Position numbers and translations under genes: made by a program. A stretch of DNA of 64,000 nt from Yuukianura sp. NJ FZ-2021 (lineage: Eukaryota), in the NCBI GenBank assembly GCA_046563655.1, contig CM102288.1, positions 434,001-498,000 on the forward strand, given 5' to 3'. Position 1 is the first letter of the stretch; each line of letters opens with the position of its first letter. This document shows positions 37,701-49,259 of the stretch, piece after piece. The notes beneath the pieces were generated by a model that was given only the letters and a program-made list of their open reading frames with translations, searched no databases and had not been told where the DNA came from.

Positions 37701-40454
37701 TGGTGTGGAGCGAAATTGGACTGAGGTGGTTGTGGCTCCGAGGCTATAAATAGTGTAACATGTAATCGAACCTGTCATCGTACCACACGGAAGGATTATC
37801 CTAAACCCATTGATTTTTCAGTTTCAATCTCAATTGACACGGGAAAGCGCGTAAAAGGGGATTTCTCAAAAAAAATATTTTGAACAAAATGGTGAAAGTG
37901 AAAGTAGATCCTACTGCTATGCTGTCTTTGTTTGAGACATGAGAAAAAATGTGGTAGAAATGGATAGTAGTTTCTAGTTTCCAATGACAGTTGCTAAGAA
38001 GTTCCTTTGTCAAGGACTTAATGGTGGACTTAATAGAGAAAGTAGAGAAAGGAGCAGGGAATAATCAATTTCTTTTTTTTCTTTTCTTTTCTTCTCGTCT
38101 GTCTGCCAAAGAACTTCCATTTTGAACGTTTTTTTCTGTTTTTTCTCTTTTGCAGTGGAGTCTACTATGATCCATTCTTAGCTTCTGCGGCGGCTGATCC
38201 AAGGGTCCAGGTGAGCCTTGTATGTTATCAATTTTTACTTTTTTGTTCACATTTTTATATATTTTGTTAAATGAAATAGAGTGAAAGTGAATGATACAAA
38301 TGGAGAAGTACGGAGAAAAGAAGAATGCTGACTTTGCAGTGTATGTCTGTTCATTCTGTAGAGTATAATTTTGAAAGTCACAATGAAATGTTAGGAAATC
38401 TTGTAAAGTTTTGTGAAATTTGCCAAGATTTGAGTAAGATTTGGATGAAGGAATTTTCAAGGTAGGTTGAGTTTTTAGGGGGAAAGTAATAATCGTAAAG
38501 GCGGAGGGTTTGGAGTTATTTATGAGAGAGATTCTTATAAAGGAGATAGTTTCGTTCCGTGATCTTCTAAAACCCGGGAGAGAGAGATCATGGCTTAAAA
38601 GCCTATAAAACAAAAGGTTTCTACTAAGAACAGTTAGAACTGGATGAGATTTTGGAAATTCAACTAAAGTTTTCCGCTTGCTTGGTGCTAAATTAACGGA
38701 ATTTAAGCTCTGTAGTTCTGGGAGTAAGAGTAATAACAGTAATTGTAAAGTTAGGCTTTGCGCAATACTTGGGAAGTTTGTCAGTATGTTGGAGAAAGTT
38801 GTGGTTTAGTACTAAAATCTACTACAACTTTGTTGCTCTCAGTTCTAACGTTACACGAAAAAGTTGAATTCTTTAGCATCGCTAAAACGTTATGGTTTAG
38901 ATAAAATAGGATGATCATCGAATTTGCTGAGTCGAAGTGTTTTTGCTTGTAGTGCACTTCATCTCTTTCTTTTATTTTGAGAAGTGACTAGGAATTTGTC
39001 GGTTGCGTGAAAGTGGTTGAATTGGGTGTGACAGGGAGGAGAGTGGTGAAAGCTGTCTGGAAATTTTGCAATTAGGTTTTCATCCCAGAAGGAAGTAAAG
39101 TAAACAGGAGATGGATCAGCTTCCAACAGAAAGACGGAATTTGAGATGCTGAATGGCTGAGTGATATGGAATTTCAGGTTGGCGTCTGTGCGAACTTTTC
39201 TTTTGGCTGAACTTCACAAGGCTTTACTTTGTTTTGAAGGAGCTGGATGACAATTTGACATTTTGACATTGACGAACTTTTTAGAAGGAAATCCGTTGTT
39301 TGTGTAGTGTTTGGTGTCACTTATGAGTTAACGCCATTGTTTATCTTTGAGGATGGATTCCAATGTCATTGTAGATTTTGTGAGAGAAGATAAGTACAAT
39401 GAGGGAGAGTTGAGTGAAAACAAATGGTGGTGTTTAGTGAGAAATGAGGAGGAGAAAGTGATGTGAGATGTGAAAGTTTTGTTTTTTGTTTTTTTCTAAG
39501 TTTTTTTTAATTGTGTTTTTATGAGTTCAAAATGTATAATTAGTTATGAATTTAGGCGACTTATGCTGCAGCAGCCAGCTACTCAGCGGCAGCGGCAAGG
39601 GCAGCATATGCTGGTGCTGCTGCTCAGCCGGCGGGCGTCGCAGGGTTTGTTCCAGGGTAAGAGTTCCCAGCGACGACAGTGGAGCATGGGTTATAGTTAA
39701 TTTAATTATAATTGTATTTAATAACACTAACTTATTAAATTGTTTGTTCCTTGTATTGTTTCTTCACTAATTTCTAATTTGGGCTTTTGTGTCACCTTAT
39801 CGTTTAGACCCTGCATAACTTGAACTTCCTTGTGATTGTTGTTTCTCTCTTCCTCTTCTTTGAAATTAGTATCCATTTCATCGGCACTAAATCCATGATG
39901 ATGACGATGAGTGTTAAACTAACATTTGCTGTATTGTTATGAGTTGGAACCAATTTTTAATGTGTGGCTTTTATAGTTTGTCTATTTTTAGAAGGCGGTT
40001 TTCAAATTTGAAAAAATTTCAGTCGCCTTATGGACCGTTAACATAGAAATTATCAATTTTGTGAAATTTTGTATACAAACCTAATGGAGAAAGTGTTTTT
40101 CAAAAACTGACTTTTGCCATAAGCGTCGCAATGGAAGCGAAAAAATCAACGAAACAAATCCGCCTTCTAAAAATAGACAAACTATAGTTTCATTTTTATT
40201 CCTTCTCGATTTTGGATTGTGACAATTTTGTGTGTGGTTTGTGATTGATTTTTTTTTCTGTGTAGATACGCCAGGGAGTTCCCAGAAACGTATCTAAGCC
40301 ATAATATTGGACCGGTTCCGGGCTACGGCGTAAGTTTTGTTGCATGAAATTTTTATTTCAGTGTGATTTTGTTTTGTCGAATGTGTACATTTCGAATTTT
40401 AAATTATAGGCAGCGATGTATCGGAGTAACTACAGCAGATTCGCACCATACTGA
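13766..40454 (+). CDS. Rbfox1: RNA-binding protein fox-1 homolog (Rbfox1/A2bp1), multi-exon and alternatively spliced
   Basis: Phase-consistent GT-AG exons: 24651-24842, 24948-25142 ([23 protein letters not shown]), 27508-27561 ([18 protein letters not shown]), 29860-29952 (GFGFVTF...[10 protein letters not shown]), 33433-33496 ([12 protein letters not shown]), 34602-34725 or 36731-36929, 38156-38210 (VYYDPFLA), 39556-39656, 40266-40329, 40410-40454 ([11 protein letters not shown]). The RRM and C-terminus are diagnostic of Fox-1. The 5' exons (13766/13823-13861, 14771-14794) are less certain. Confidence 0.95.
14771..14794 (+). CDS. Rbfox1: Rbfox1 24-nt microexon (GVQGLYYP); may also be the end of an alternative first exon starting at ATG 14696
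   Basis: Strong polypyrimidine acceptor tttctatttccttcgtcacag and donor ccg|GTAATT, phase 0-0. YYP followed by QTVQSG resembles the insect Rbfox1 N-terminal MYYPHMVQ motif. Confidence 0.65.
23550..23555 (+). CDS. Rbfox1: Candidate alternative Rbfox1 start exon ending ATG GAA|GTACGT (M-E)
   Basis: caaaaATGg start context directly followed by a phase-0 donor compatible with exon 24651. Confidence 0.3.
29860..29952 (+). CDS. Rbfox1: Conserved 93-nt Rbfox RRM exon (autoregulated cassette)
   Basis: Exactly 93 nt, phase 0-0, encodes the second half of the RRM. The donor GTGTGCATG contains TGCATG at 29956-29961. Confidence 0.9.
34602..34725 (+). CDS. Rbfox1: Rbfox1 mutually exclusive exon A ([14 protein letters not shown]...RPLRR)
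   Basis: 124 nt, phase 1 in and phase 2 out, donor GTAAGT, Ala/Pro-rich. Confidence 0.75.
36731..36929 (+). CDS. Rbfox1: Rbfox1 mutually exclusive exon B ([12 protein letters not shown]...GLHGP)
   Basis: 199 nt, phase 1 in and phase 2 out (same as exon A), donor GTAAGC. Confidence 0.8.
39972..40186. mobile_element. MITE-like element (215 bp) with perfect 27-bp terminal inverted repeats, in an Rbfox1 intron
   Basis: tatagtttgtctatttttagaaggcgg (39972-39998) is the exact reverse complement of 40160-40186. TA dinucleotide at both ends; no ORF. Confidence 0.8.
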
Positions 40455-40796
40455 AAAAACTACTGTCTTCTTTAAAAAAGCTCCACTACACTTACCACCA
40501 CCGGCGACGATTCTACGGATACGAACAAATGGAAAAGCAACAACAAAGTGATTCTGATATTAACTTACATTACCTGGCTACATAGTTAACTAAACAGTTA
40601 GTTAATTGACTTCGCATTTCTTAGATTATATTGTTCCAAAAGTCTCAAGAGGAGAACTTTAAGAGATCCTTCATGTTAGAATTTAGTTGTAGACTTTAGA
40701 TTGCTAATTTATGCTCCAAATGCTACCAGGAAAAGATCTTGTTAAATTGAATTTAAAAGCGTTACAATTTTTGTGAGACACTTGGAAAGGTCCACG

Positions 40797-40844
40797 AGGC
40801 AGCTTTCTTTGTGTTGTTATTAACCAAACTGACTTTGGCAGCTT
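40797..40844 (+). promoter_or_regulatory. Two miR-22/miR-980 family seed-match sites in the Rbfox1 3' UTR
   Basis: GGCAGCT at 40798-40804 and 40837-40843, complementary to seed AGCUGCC. Confidence 0.65.
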
Positions 40845-42356
40845 TAGTTTTTAGATTTAGAGACTTTTGGTTCGAAGATTGTGTATTTTTAGTTTAACCT
40901 CTGACCTCTTTTAGTTTATAGTGAGTGACATTCCTACTTTTAAGTTTGTTTGACCAGAAATCACAATCACTCTGTAAAGAACACAAGCACATAACACTGA
41001 ACAAAATGCTCATTTTGACTTTAAAACAAGAAAAAATGTAATGACACAAAAAGGGAATCTCAACTTTGAGGGAAACTGTGTGAGACTCATAACTCTGATA
41101 TTTTTGTCTAAGAAAAAATTGCATTATAAGAAAAGCATGTTAGTGTAAAAAAAAACTTGAATCTCGGAAATTTGGTCAACTTCAAAGGAAGAGAGATGAA
41201 CTAATTGCAATTAATACCAGAGATGAAATTAAGTTTAGATTTTAGATTTATTATACTTATAAAATTGTTACTAAAATACAAAATTATTATTATTATTACT
41301 GATTAGAACTTTAGGAATTTATGAACTAATTGAGGAATTGTGCCATTAACTCTTGTCTCAAGTTCAATCTTTTTAGTCAATTTAACGGTGTGAAGAGAAA
41401 GTATGAAGACATTTGAAAAACAGGCGAGGAAAACGGAGAACGTCAACGTGATTCTGGTTAGCTTCCTTTTGTAATAATTAACCAAGAATGAGATCAGCTC
41501 TTGCCATTTGTCTAACAATTAACTGTTAAAATATTTAGAGTAGTGAAATTTAAGTTTAAGAGGAGCAAAAAGTTTGGTTTTGCTTGTTTTGTGGTTTGTT
41601 TTCTCAAAAGTTCCTCATCTTTTAAAACTCACGACTTTAGAGACAAAAAAAATGTTTAGTTTGATAAAAAGTTTATGCATTTCGTTATTCGAGGTCATGA
41701 GGAGGTCACGGAGTTTCCTCTTCCGATTAATGATATTTTTGTATTATCTATTCACTCACGATGAACAACTTATTCTTGTCTTGACCACAATCTTTAGTTA
41801 CAAGGTGAAACAATTATTGTAGTCTTTTGGCATGCTCTAAAATGTTAGTCTTTTTAGGTTATTCTTGCTTGCTCTCTTTAGTTTTGTAGTTAAAATGTTT
41901 AGCTGTAAATCCCCAAGTCATTTTTTGTGTTCAATTTGTATTAGAAATTATTTAGCAAAAATCAAAAGTTACCAGAACGAGCTCCTTAAATATAATTATT
42001 TTTGACGTTTAGCCTTGGTTTTTCTTCTTTTAAAGAAGAGTGAAATACTAAAATGGAGGAAACTTTAAAGTGTTGACCCCATGACATGTTAACCCTCTCC
42101 GTTTATTAAATTTGGATGAGAGCAGCTCTTCGCAATTTAGATGTAATTAACAAGAAATATTGTGAAATTATAAACTCGAAAAGAGTTCTTATAAAATATA
42201 GATTATACTCAATTTGTTTAGAAAATTAAATAAAAATTCGTAACGAATGTCAACATCAGAAAGTCCAATTTTGAAAAAGTTGTTTCTCGACCGCGACCAT
42301 CTTTGACGGATTTCTGGCGGATTTTTGTTTCCTGGCTCTTCTGATGACCTGTGAGG

Positions 42357-43126
42357 TCAAACCGTGTCAAGGTGATTGATGTAGTCGCGTCTTGTAGGCA
42401 TGACCATAAAACGCTGCTGAAGTGCTGGCTTGCACTTGCATTTTCCAGTTGATCGCGGCTGGAACGACAGTCCTGGAACGTACCCTCCAGGAGCACAAGG
42501 CTTTTTCTGTGAGCCACCATTGCCACCTCCAGCTCCACCTCCGCCAGCTTGTGCTTGCGCTTGACGAATTCTCTCGTTGCGCAGAAGTTCCTCTTCACGT
42601 TCCTGAATTTTGTGTTGACATAGAGAAATGATGCAGTTGATGAGAATGATCAGTGCGATGAGAAACAGGATCGCGAAGAATATGTAGTAAAATATGTTCG
42701 TAATTTGTTCATCTTTTTCGGCTGACTGCAAAGCGTCAGGGTCAAGGTTCCTAGAAAGGAAATGGAGAGAAAAAGCTGAGATCTTTGGGTGTAAAATTTT
42801 TGAACTATTTTGAAAATTTATAACTGCTTTTTAGCATTTTTCAGGGAATTGGCCAAAAATTAGTAAAAACACAGATTCCGGCTTTATGGGTTTAAAATAT
42901 GTTTTAAATTCTGAATTTAGATGTGAGGAGATTAGCACTCAATAAAAACTCAGGTATGAAATGGAATGCTTTCAAAAAGCGTTCTAAATCGTGTAAATTT
43001 TTCAATTTAAAGACACAAATGTTTTGCTAACCTGTGATTCCCCGCTCCAGTGTTTGGACCTGCTTGGTTAGTTTTAGTAGTTTGAACTGGTGCTGACCCT
43101 TGACCTGGATTCGGGGTGGTAGACAT
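42357..43126 (-). CDS. Uncharacterised single-pass membrane protein (~162 aa, 2 exons)
   Basis: Exon 1 43126-43032 (MSTTPNPG...GNH) and exon 2 42750-42357 are joined in frame by a GT-AG intron. One TM helix IFYYIFFAILFLIALIILINCIISLC, then a charged helix, Gly-rich linker and Cys-containing tail. Confidence 0.75.
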
Positions 43127-43261
43127 TTTTTGAATTTGAGACAATTTTGGACAAAACTAATGGAAATAATTATGGATTACAAAAAGTAAGCGACTTTACG
43201 ACTTGTTCGAAATTATTGAAATAGAATTTTTTAAATTTTTTGCAAAGCAGAGAGAGACAGA

Positions 43262-43303
43262 GTAAATAAGTTTTCATCATTGAACAGAGGTAACTATGGC
43301 TAC
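43262..43303. promoter_or_regulatory. Forkhead motif plus RFX X-box in a bidirectional promoter
   Basis: GTAAATA at 43262-43268 and the near-palindromic X-box GTAACTATGGCTAC at 43290-43303, between the divergent ATGs at 43126 and 43464. Confidence 0.6.
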
Positions 43304-43463
43304 AACATTGATCAATCTATCGACACAACCAAACCATTCTGAGATAACTCACTTTTTTTTAGAATATCAACGGTGGTGTTGTTGCTGCCTGGAATCAACG
43401 TGCTGCCAAAAGTGATATTTCATCAAGAAGTGGTATTCAATCCAGCTTGGTCAACACATCGCA

Positions 43464-46400
43464 ATGTCACATTCATACTTCAATGGCCTCTGGGCCCAAG
43501 GTCAAGCTGAATTTCGACGAGCTCTAGCCGATGAAAGGAAGCTTGGAGATGGAAAGGACATTCCGGAAGGAGATCGGCTCAATTTCTTCTCCGAAGTTGC
43601 TTCAGTCTACTACAAATGGATTAGCATGTACAAGAAGTTTGATGAAGCCTATGACCAAATCGTCCACCCTCAAAAGTTGCCGCTCATTCGGAAGTTGCTG
43701 GACGTCGTCATTGCTCGACTCATTGAGCTCCGGAATGTCCTGGTGGGAACTGAATTGTCCGAAGTCCTTTACTTTGATGATCTGCTTCACTTCTTCAGTT
43801 GGATGCCATCGGAACTGGACATTCCGATTCCCAAGTACTACGTTTTCCATCATCCAGAACGAAAGGAACGGGAGGATCTGTTGGCTCAAATTCTGCAGTC
43901 CAAAAAAGATACGGATGAAAAGATGGCTGATGAAGAGAAGGAAAAAGTGGCTCACGAGAAGATTGTTGCTGCTTTCCGGAAGAAGTTGAAAGCTTACGAA
44001 GATGCTCTGGAGAGGATGCAACCACATGAAGCCGTTTTGGTTTTGCAAACGTATGAAAGATATCGTCAAGGTCGAGAGAGAATGGCGATGGCCAAGTACT
44101 TGGCAATGGAAGAGGCAGCTCGAAGACGGGCCAAGGTCAAGGCCAGCGCAATTCCTAAGTATACTCCCGAAGAAGCGGCCATCATCATTCAAGTAAGGAA
44201 TTAGCAAGATCCAAATTTTTAAAAAATTCGTAAAAAGTTTTAAAAAGTTTTTTTTTTGAAAACTTGTCATTTTCTAGAGAATAGTCCGAGGATTTCTGGC
44301 TCGTAGGAAGGTGGCTCGACTTCGTGAACGTGAAATGCAATACTTGGGCTTAACTTGGGGTCCGATTCGCAAAGGAGACGAAAAATACCTTCCAATGGAA
44401 CACATCAAAGAAATGGAAGCTGAAATTGCAAAGAACGCTGAAAAGAGACGCCGTGAGCGAAGACGGAATCAAAAGAATTTTGAAGAGGCTGAAGCCCTTA
44501 TTGAATCTCGTATGCGACTTCTGGAGGCTCCTGAAATGGCTGAACGAATGAAATGGCAACTTCGTACTTGGGCTCTACACATTAAGGAAAAGGACGGCAG
44601 ACTGCCGGAGATTCCAAAACCACAGTTTGGAGGATCTACGAAGCTTTTCTGCCCAGATCGACTTCCGCCGGAAATACTTGAAAAAATTGCTGAAGCAGAG
44701 GGAAAGAAAAAGAAAGGGAAGAAGAAACCTAAGCCGAAACCAAAGAAGAAGGACAAAAAGAAGAAAAAGAAGAAGCAGAAGAAGGGGATTGTGCCAACCA
44801 AACTGGAACCAATGGCTACTCTTGAAGATGCTGTCAAGTACAATGTGGAGTACAATACAGAATGGCGTCATCGGGATGAAACGAACAATCCGGATCAGAA
44901 ACATGAAGACGAAATTATTATTGTGACGAAACGGCAACTTGTGGGCCAAGAAACGCGTAACAAAGTGAGCATAGCTTCAATCAAAATCGAGAAACTGAAG
45001 AACCTTGTCGAAAATCACAGCTTCAAACTGCTACAAATTGAAATATTTTTGTCTTTTTGTAATTCCAGGTCGATATTTTGATGAAAGCTGAGCTGAAACT
45101 TCTGAAGAAAGCATTAGAGAAGAAGAAAGGCAGAGGAAAGAAGAAAGGCAAAGGCAAGAAGGGGAAAGGCAAGAAGAAAGGAAAGAAAGGCAAAAAAGGC
45201 AAAGGAAAGCGGAAGAAAAAGAAGAAGAAGAAAGGAAAACGGAAGTTCAAGGACATTACGCCTGACCGAACATGGCAGTCACTCTTTGAAGAGCTCGTCA
45301 ATGAAAATATTATCGTTGACTTTCCAAAGGTCAAGCTGGATGACCTCGTCGGAGAGTACAGCCTGGTCAATGAAACAATTCGAAAGTATTTTGCTGAAAA
45401 TACAGTTCCAAAGTTCAATCAAGACAGTCAATTCAAAATGCCTTTTAATGCTAACCCTCCTGCTACTTACGGTGACATCAAGAGAGCCGTTCGTGACATT
45501 GTCATTCTGCCGCTTGGGTCAGATACAGTTCACGAACTGGTTGATTACAAGAAATCGCTGCTCATCGCTGGTCCAGCAGGATCTGGCAAAAAATCACTTG
45601 TCCATGCCATTTGTACTGAAATGAAAGCGACGCTTTTTGATCTTACTGCAAGTAACATCGCTGGTACACAAAAACGACAACTTTTAGTAAAAATTGAGTT
45701 GAAATTGGTAAAAAAAAATGTCGACTGTCACTGTAGTAGCTTTTTGTTGTTTTTCAGGAAAGTATCCAGGAAAAACTGGTCTGACAATGTTAATCCACTT
45801 GGTGAACAAAATGGGACGATTTTGTCAGCCATCGATCATTCTCATTGACAAAGTGGAGAAAATGTTTGCCAAAAAAGTTCCAAAAACAGACAAAACTGAC
45901 CCGAAACGACTCAAAAAGCAAATGAAGAAGTTTTTAAAAATTATTGGACCAGAAGATCAAATGATGCTAATTGGTCTCACTTCAGAACCATGGTTGGCCA
46001 AAATGAAGGTCAGGGTTCAACTTCTCCTGCTCAATATTTCTAACAACTTGTGCTTTTCAAAATTTGTTCTTTTTCAGCCTCTGAAGAAAACTTTTCAAAA
46101 GTTTCTGTACATTCCGAAACCGGATCACGGAACGCGTCTTCTGATGTGGCAAAGGTGTTTGGGCGACTACATTGACGACTTTCACCCCGAGATGCATCTT
46201 CCGCTTCTGTCCAAACTTTCAGACAGTTGGACTCTCGGAAGTATCAAAGCATGTTGTGACAAGGTCATTGCTGAACACAAGAGAATCACTTCCAAAGAAA
46301 ATGAAGAAAACGAGAAACCATTTGAATTGAACGTGAATGAAATCCTGGATGGAAAACAATTGAACAAGGCTCCCAGAATTGGACGGAAGTTGATTCGAAT

Positions 46401-46611
46401 GGAGGACATAATCAATCACCTGTCAATGATCGATCCAGTATTTGTTGAACAAGAGAAAGCCTGGAATGCTTGGTTCAACAAGACGCCTATCCAGAAACTC
46501 CGAATTGCTGCTCAGCAACCCGGGGCCAAAGGAAAGAAAGGCAAAGGTAAGGGCAAAGGCAAAGGCGGTCCGAAACGAGGCAAATCGAAGTCAAAGTCAA
46601 AGAGACGCTAA
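43464..46611 (+). CDS. IQCA1: IQ and AAA domain-containing protein 1 / dynein regulatory complex subunit 11
   Basis: Exons 43464-44192, 44278-44964, 45069-45663, 45758-46008, 46078-46611. N-terminal YDQIVHPQK motif, IQ motif IQRIVRGFLARRK across intron 1, Lys-rich tracts, KDITPDRT motif, and an AAA domain with GPAGSGKK and FDLTASNIAGKYPGK. Confidence 0.92.
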
Positions 46612-47039
46612 TCTAAACAAAAGTTGGAAAACAATTAACACTGAATAAAATAATTAATCAAAGTTTAATTGCTTAACTAATTAAACTGTTTTTAGCATAC
46701 AATAGAAAACTAAACTTGGATTGTCAACGAAAACTAGATGTATCGACTACAAGTTCACTTTTTCTGGAAGAAACCGGGTTTAGATCAACTATGAAGTTAC
46801 GAGCATAAATTCTAAGTTCAAAGGTTATGAAACATCAAGTCTTTTACAGCTTATTTAACAACGTACTAAAAACTTACCGTTGAAACACAACATTTTGAGC
46901 TCACCGTTTTCAAATTCCATCTTGAAAAGTTTCCAACTTGTTCTTTTTACAGCCGCTGTTACATAAACAACTCCGAGTTTCCATTTTTCTTTCAGACTTT
47001 TTGACATGGAGTAAACATGGTTGTTTTAAGAAAACAAGC

Positions 47040-48549
47040 CTAAAGAGATCCATAACCATTTATGGAGTGTTTAGCCTTTCGCTTCCCAAGCGGCATGACA
47101 GATGTACTGAGACTGAGGTCGTCTCTTATTGAATTTGGTCCTGTCGTGTCAGTGTCTTGCAACAGATGAATCGATTCCGAAGAAACACCTCGAGTAGGCC
47201 AAGGAAGCTGGATTCGAACGGTGGACGGATGGTCGGGGTCACCCCATTTCCGGTAAACAAAAACATTGAACAGAGCTTGGAGCGGATTTAGAATGGCCAT
47301 GACGTAAGCTGTTATGAGAATCGGTTCATGAGGAGCATCGTACAAAAGTGACCACACGGCAATGGCGTTGACCAAGTTTGGAATCCAACAGATGATGAAC
47401 ACTAGATTGATTGATAGGAACTTGAGTCGCAGAATACGGAGCTGCTTTCGTTCGTGACTGGTGAACCTTCCGGATCCAGCAATTACAGTTTTCGCCTAAA
47501 AATTCAAGGTAAACTTTCAAAATTCAAAATATTCGGACAAAATTCATAATAATCTGAAAAAAATCTTGCGCCTTACTTGTTCAGAAGCTTTGAGGTATAT
47601 GAGTGGATTGATGAGCATAATGAGAATGATAGGAACGTAAGTGATGCAATAGTTCGGTAAAATCCGAAGGAATATGTTGGACTCCATGGAGTGACAACTG
47701 TTGAAAAGTAATCAATATAACGTAAGACTTATTTAAAAAAAATGGTTTCTTTAGAACTTACTTCAGATCTGGAAAGTACAGAATCGTTAGCCCGATAACA
47801 GTTAAGAGGAGAGGTACACTCCAGGCAATAGCGTGGTAGAGAACAAAGTTCCCTGGAAGTCCATTCACCATTCTGAGAACGTCAATTGCATACAAGAATG
47901 TCCAGAGATACGTAACACCGTAAAAGTACTGGATCCAACCCTGGAAAAACAATCAGTTAAGCCTAATCAACAACTGAAGTAAATTGTATTGTTTTTACCG
48001 AAGAAATTGCACAAAATATTGAGCCGAGAGAATAAGACTGTTCGACTGCAAGAGCTTGAGATATGAGCCAAGACGATGATCGTATTAACACCGCTAAAAA
48101 AAACAACAAAAAGTTAGGAACGATGTGCGAAAGCATGATAGTTATCTCATCTCTTTTTTGGACGCATTGCAACTTGCAAGGTTGCACGTAGTATTTTGAA
48201 AAAAAAATCGTTACCAATAGAAGCCAGCAAGTCAGCCGTAGCAAGCCACACAATAATTCGTCGTCCTCGGAGGAATGACGACAAAACATGACCAGGTCCT
48301 CCTTCGAACTTCCGCGGAAGAATCTGTGCATTAAAAATAATTAATTTATGTTACTTATTGTTAATTTAAGTTCATATTTTAATGGAATGGTTAGTTGACC
48401 TGATAGCATGATCCTAAAATCCCAAAAAGTGAGGATACGATACAAATGATGTTATATGATTCGTATCGGTAGTGCAGGACACTATCCACGACCAGTCTCG
48501 TCCTATTGTTGGCAATGCAGCAGAATGTTTGAATCGCTGGATCCGCCAT
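47040..48549 (-). CDS. GPR143: G-protein coupled receptor 143 (OA1) homolog
   Basis: Six coding exons. N-terminus MADPAIQTFCC, GRRIIVWLATADLLAS, WIQYFYGVTYLWTFLYAID, FIICWIPNLVN, MAILNPLQALFN. Confidence 0.9.
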
Positions 48550-49242
48550 GACTGAAAAAGTAAAAAGCAATAGCCAGTTATGCAATCACAAATCTAGAAC
48601 TAAGCTACGGATAACAACACTTACGGTTACGTTTTCAGCTTCATGGATCGTATAAGTGCTCGACCTTGGCGGCTGCGTCCTGGTCTTCTTTGTTCTAAAG
48701 TTCAAGATTCGATCAGAGTCATCACAAAGCAGTCGAAGCGTTGGGTGTCACACCCAATATCAACTACAAATCAAATAAAAACACTACGGTTATTGTTTGT
48801 TTCAAGAATTTGTTGTTATCCATCAACATTTAATAGACCACATTGAAGTCGAATAACTAAATTCTAAGAAAAACAAAAACAAATTAAAGTTACCTTGTTT
48901 AGATAAGTTCAATCTACACGAGATTTACTAATTTTAAGGGAGAAGCAAGTTTACGATGAGGATGAAAAGATGAAATATCCAATGTCCAATTCAAAAGCAA
49001 AGTGTCTTAAAAGTTGTGCCTTCAAACCTAACCTGTTCCCGCTTATCATAAGTGTTAGTAATCCTTCTTGATTAAAAGCTTTATCATCATAAATTCAACT
49101 CCTCTTCAAGTCTTGGGAAGAATTTGTTCCAACAACGTCTATAAGTTTCCTGTAGAAATCCTTGCAAGTTTAATGAAGCTTCAATTCATTAAGTTATTAA
49201 AGTGTAATTGAAACAGTTTACAAAATGTCCGAGTTCCAAACG

Positions 49243-49250
49243 TATCGATA
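49243..49250. promoter_or_regulatory. DRE palindrome (TATCGATA)
   Basis: Perfect DREF consensus about 10 nt past the ecd stop and upstream of the GPR143 5' UTR exons. Confidence 0.4.
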
Positions 49251-49259
49251 TGAAATGTT

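Noticed and set aside
37745..37752. TATAAATA as an internal promoter in an Rbfox1 intron
   Set aside because: No supporting downstream exon or ORF; expected by chance in AT-rich DNA.
34873..38613. Long minus-strand ORFs (146 aa at 34873-35313; 182 aa at 38065-38613)
   Set aside because: Phe/Ser/Lys/Ile-biased translations of strand-skewed intron sequence, TTG starts, no domains; one is antisense to a real Rbfox1 exon.
43602..45418. Minus-strand ORFs of 100-222 aa overlapping IQCA1
   Set aside because: Antisense shadows of the real gene; the poly-Phe mirrors its poly-Lys tracts.
45569..45595. Non-canonical Walker A (GPAGSGKK) as a sign of pseudogenisation
   Set aside because: GxxGxGKK is the usual form in the IQCA1/DRC11 family, and the reading frame is intact.
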